From positions 130,138,001 through 130,202,000 of the forward strand of contig OZ024742.1 in the NCBI GenBank assembly GCA_964016885.1: 64,000 nucleotides of DNA. Direction: 5' to 3'. Shown here piece by piece: positions 61,301 through 64,000 of the stretch. The first letter of the stretch is position 1. Every line of letters starts with the position of its first letter. The notes below the pieces were generated by a model, which searched no databases, was not told where the DNA came from, and was given only the letters and a program-made list of their open reading frames with translations. A program made the position numbers and the translations under genes. This stretch comes from Eledone cirrhosa (taxonomy: Eukaryota).

Positions 61301-64000
61301 GATATTATGTCCAGTGCTCCACCAGTTCTAATTCTCCCTCTCTATCACCTTCAAGGTATTATGTCCAGTGCTCCACCAGTTCTAATCCTCCCTCTCTATC
61401 ACCTTCAAGATATTATGTCCAGTGCTCCACCAGTTCTAATTCTCCCTCTATCACCTTCAAGGTATTATGTCCAGTGCTCCACCAGTTCTAATCCTCCCTC
61501 TCTATCACCTTCAAGATATTATGTCCAGTGCTCCACCAGTTCTAATTCTCCCTCTCTATCACCTTCAAGGTATTATGTCCAGTGCTCCACCAGTTCTAAT
61601 TCTCCCTCTCTATCACCTTCAAGGTATTATGTCCAGTGCTCCACCAGTTCTAATTCTCCCTCTCTATCACCTTCAAGGTATTATGTCCAGTGCTCCACCA
61701 GTTCTAATCCTCCCTCTCTATCACCTTCAAGATATTATGTCCAGTGCTCCACCAGTTCTAATCCTCCCTCTCTATCACCTTCAAGGTATTATGTCCAGTG
61801 CTCCACCAGTTCTAATTCTCCCTCTCTATCACCTTCAAGGTATTATGTCCAGTGCTCCACCAGTTCTAATCCTCCCTCTCTATCACCTTCAAGATATTAT
61901 GTCCAGTGCTCCACCAGTTCTAATTCTCCCTCTCTATCACCTTCAAGGTATTATGTCCAGTGCTCCTCAAGTTCTAATTCTCCCTCTCTATCACCTTCAA
62001 GGTATTATGTCCAGTGCTCCACCAGTTCTAATCCTCCCTCTCTATCACCTTCAAGGTATTATGTCCAGTGCTCCACCAGTTCTAATCCTCCCTCTCTATC
62101 ACCTTCAAGGTATTATGTCCAGTGCTCCACCAGTTCTAATCCTCCCTCTCTATCACCTTCAAGATATTATGTCCAGTGCTCCACCAGTTCTAATTCTCCC
62201 TCTCTATCACCTTCAAGATATTATGTCCAGTGCTCCACCAGTTCTAATTCTCCCTCTCTATCACCTTCAAGGTATTATGTCCAGTGCTCCACCAGTTCTA
62301 ATCCTCCCTCTCTATCACCTTCAAGATATTATGTCCAGTGCTCCACCAGTTCTAATCCTCCCTCTCTATCACCTTCAAGATATTATGTCCAGTGCTCCAC
62401 CAGTTCTAATTCTCCCTCTCTATCACCTTCAAGGTATTATGTCCAGTGCTCCACCAGTTCTAATCCGTCCTCTATATCACCTTCAAGATAATATGTCCAG
62501 TGCTCCACCAGTTCTAATCCTCCCTCTCTATCACCTTCAAGGTATTATGTCCAGTGCTCCTCAAGTTCTAATTCTCCCTCTCTATCACCTTCAAGGTATT
62601 ATGTCCAGTGCTCCACCAGTTCTAATCCTCCCTCTCTATCACCTTCAAGGTATTATGTCCAGTGCTCCACCAGTTCTAATCCTCCCTCTCTATCACCTTC
62701 AAGATATTATGTCCAGTGCTCCACCAGTTCTAATTCTCCCTCTCTATCACCTTCAAGGTATTATGTCCAGTGCTCCACCAGTTCTAATTCTCCCTCTCTA
62801 TCACCTTCAAGGTATTATGTCCAGTGCTCCACCAGTTCTAATTCTCCCTCTCTATCACCTTCAAGGTATTATGTCCAGTGCTCCACCAGTTCTAATCCTC
62901 CCTCTCTATCACCTTCAAGATATTATGTCCAGTGCTCCACCAGTTCTAATCCTCCCTCTCTATCACCTTCAAGGTATTATGTCCAGTGCTCCACCAGTTC
63001 TAATTCTCCCTCTCTATCACCTTCAAGGTATTATGTCCAGTGCTCCACCAGTTCTAATCCTCCCTCTCTATCACCTTCAAGATATTATGTCCAGTGCTCC
63101 ACCAGTTCTAATTCTCCCTCTCTATCACCTTCAAGGTATTATGTCCAGTGCTCCTCAAGTTCTAATTCTCCCTCTCTATCACCTTCAAGGTATTATGTCC
63201 AGTGCTCCACCAGTTCTAATCCTCCCTCTCTATCACCTTCAAGGTATTATGTCCAGTGCTCCACCAGTTCTAATCCTCCCTCTCTATCACCTTCAAGGTA
63301 TTATGTCCAGTGCTCCACCAGTTCTAATCCTCCCTCTCTATCACCTTCAAGATATTATGTCCAGTGCTCCACCAGTTCTAATTCTCCCTCTCTATCACCT
63401 TCAAGATATTATGTCCAGTGCTCCACCAGTTCTAATTCTCCCTCTCTATCACCTTCAAGGTATTATGTCCAGTGCTCCACCAGTTCTAATCCTCCCTCTC
63501 TATCACCTTCAAGATATTATGTCCAGTGCTCCACCAGTTCTAATCCTCCCTCTCTATCACCTTCAAGATATTATGTCCAGTGCTCCACCAGTTCTAATTC
63601 TCCCTCTCTATCACCTTCAAGGTATTATGTCCAGTGCTCCACCAGTTCTAATCCGTCCTCTATATCACCTTCAAGATAATATGTCCAGTGCTCCACCAGT
63701 TCTAATTCTCCCTCTCTATCACCTTCAAGGTATTATGTCCAGTGCTCCTCAAGTTCTAATTCTCCCTCTCTATCACCTTCAAGGTATTATGTCCAGTGCT
63801 CCACCAGTTCTAATCCTCCCTCTCTATCACCTTCAAGGTATTATGTCCAGTGCTCCACCAGTTCTAATCCTCCCTCTCTATCACCTTCAAGGTATTATGT
63901 CCAGTGCTCCACCAGTTCTAATCCTCCCTGTCTATCACCTTCAAGATATTATGTCCAGTGCTCCACCAGTTCTAATCCTCCCTCTCTATCACCTTCAAGG
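55367..64000. repeat. 54-bp minisatellite, ~160 copies, running off the window end
   Basis: Unit ATGTCCAGTGCTCCACCAGTTCTAATCCTCCCTCTCTATCACCTTCAAGGTATT, highly homogeneous. Confidence 0.97.

Noticed and set aside
55371-62491. 1968-aa, 1567-aa and 412-aa ORFs (MSSAPPVLILPLYHLQGI / SPSRYYVQCSTSSNPPSL repeats)
   Set aside because: These are translations of a 54-bp satellite whose length is a multiple of 3. Two frames are open at once, 2-bp deletions swap frames, and there is no unique domain.

Overview
Repeat-dominated eukaryotic (animal) DNA. The mix of RTE LINEs with (GAT)n tails, tRNA-derived SINEs and long TA/CA microsatellites suggests an octopus or other cephalopod; that host call is inference. 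About half of the window is micro- or minisatellite, and the very long ORFs there are artefacts. The main feature is a 14.2-kb composite insertion (21709-35869) sitting inside a purine-rich satellite. It is bounded by two ~99% identical LTR segments and a GAGG target duplication. It holds a Ty3/Gypsy gag-pol on the minus strand, with a tRNA-Trp PBS and a second, related LTR. A complete hAT/Buster transposon is nested in pol. It also holds ~4.9 kb of a rhabdovirus-type L polymerase gene (a non-retroviral endogenous viral element) fused directly to LTR sequence, antisense to the retrotransposon. The L copy has a fold-back junction, an internal deletion that removes the capping HR motif, and re-copied internal blocks, all consistent with template switching. 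Also present: Helitron derivatives, a DD37D maT transposon, Penelope remnants with hammerhead-like motifs, RTE and CR1-like fragments, and one probable host exon (IQCG/DRC9-like, minus strand). All family assignments come from motif recognition; no database search was run.
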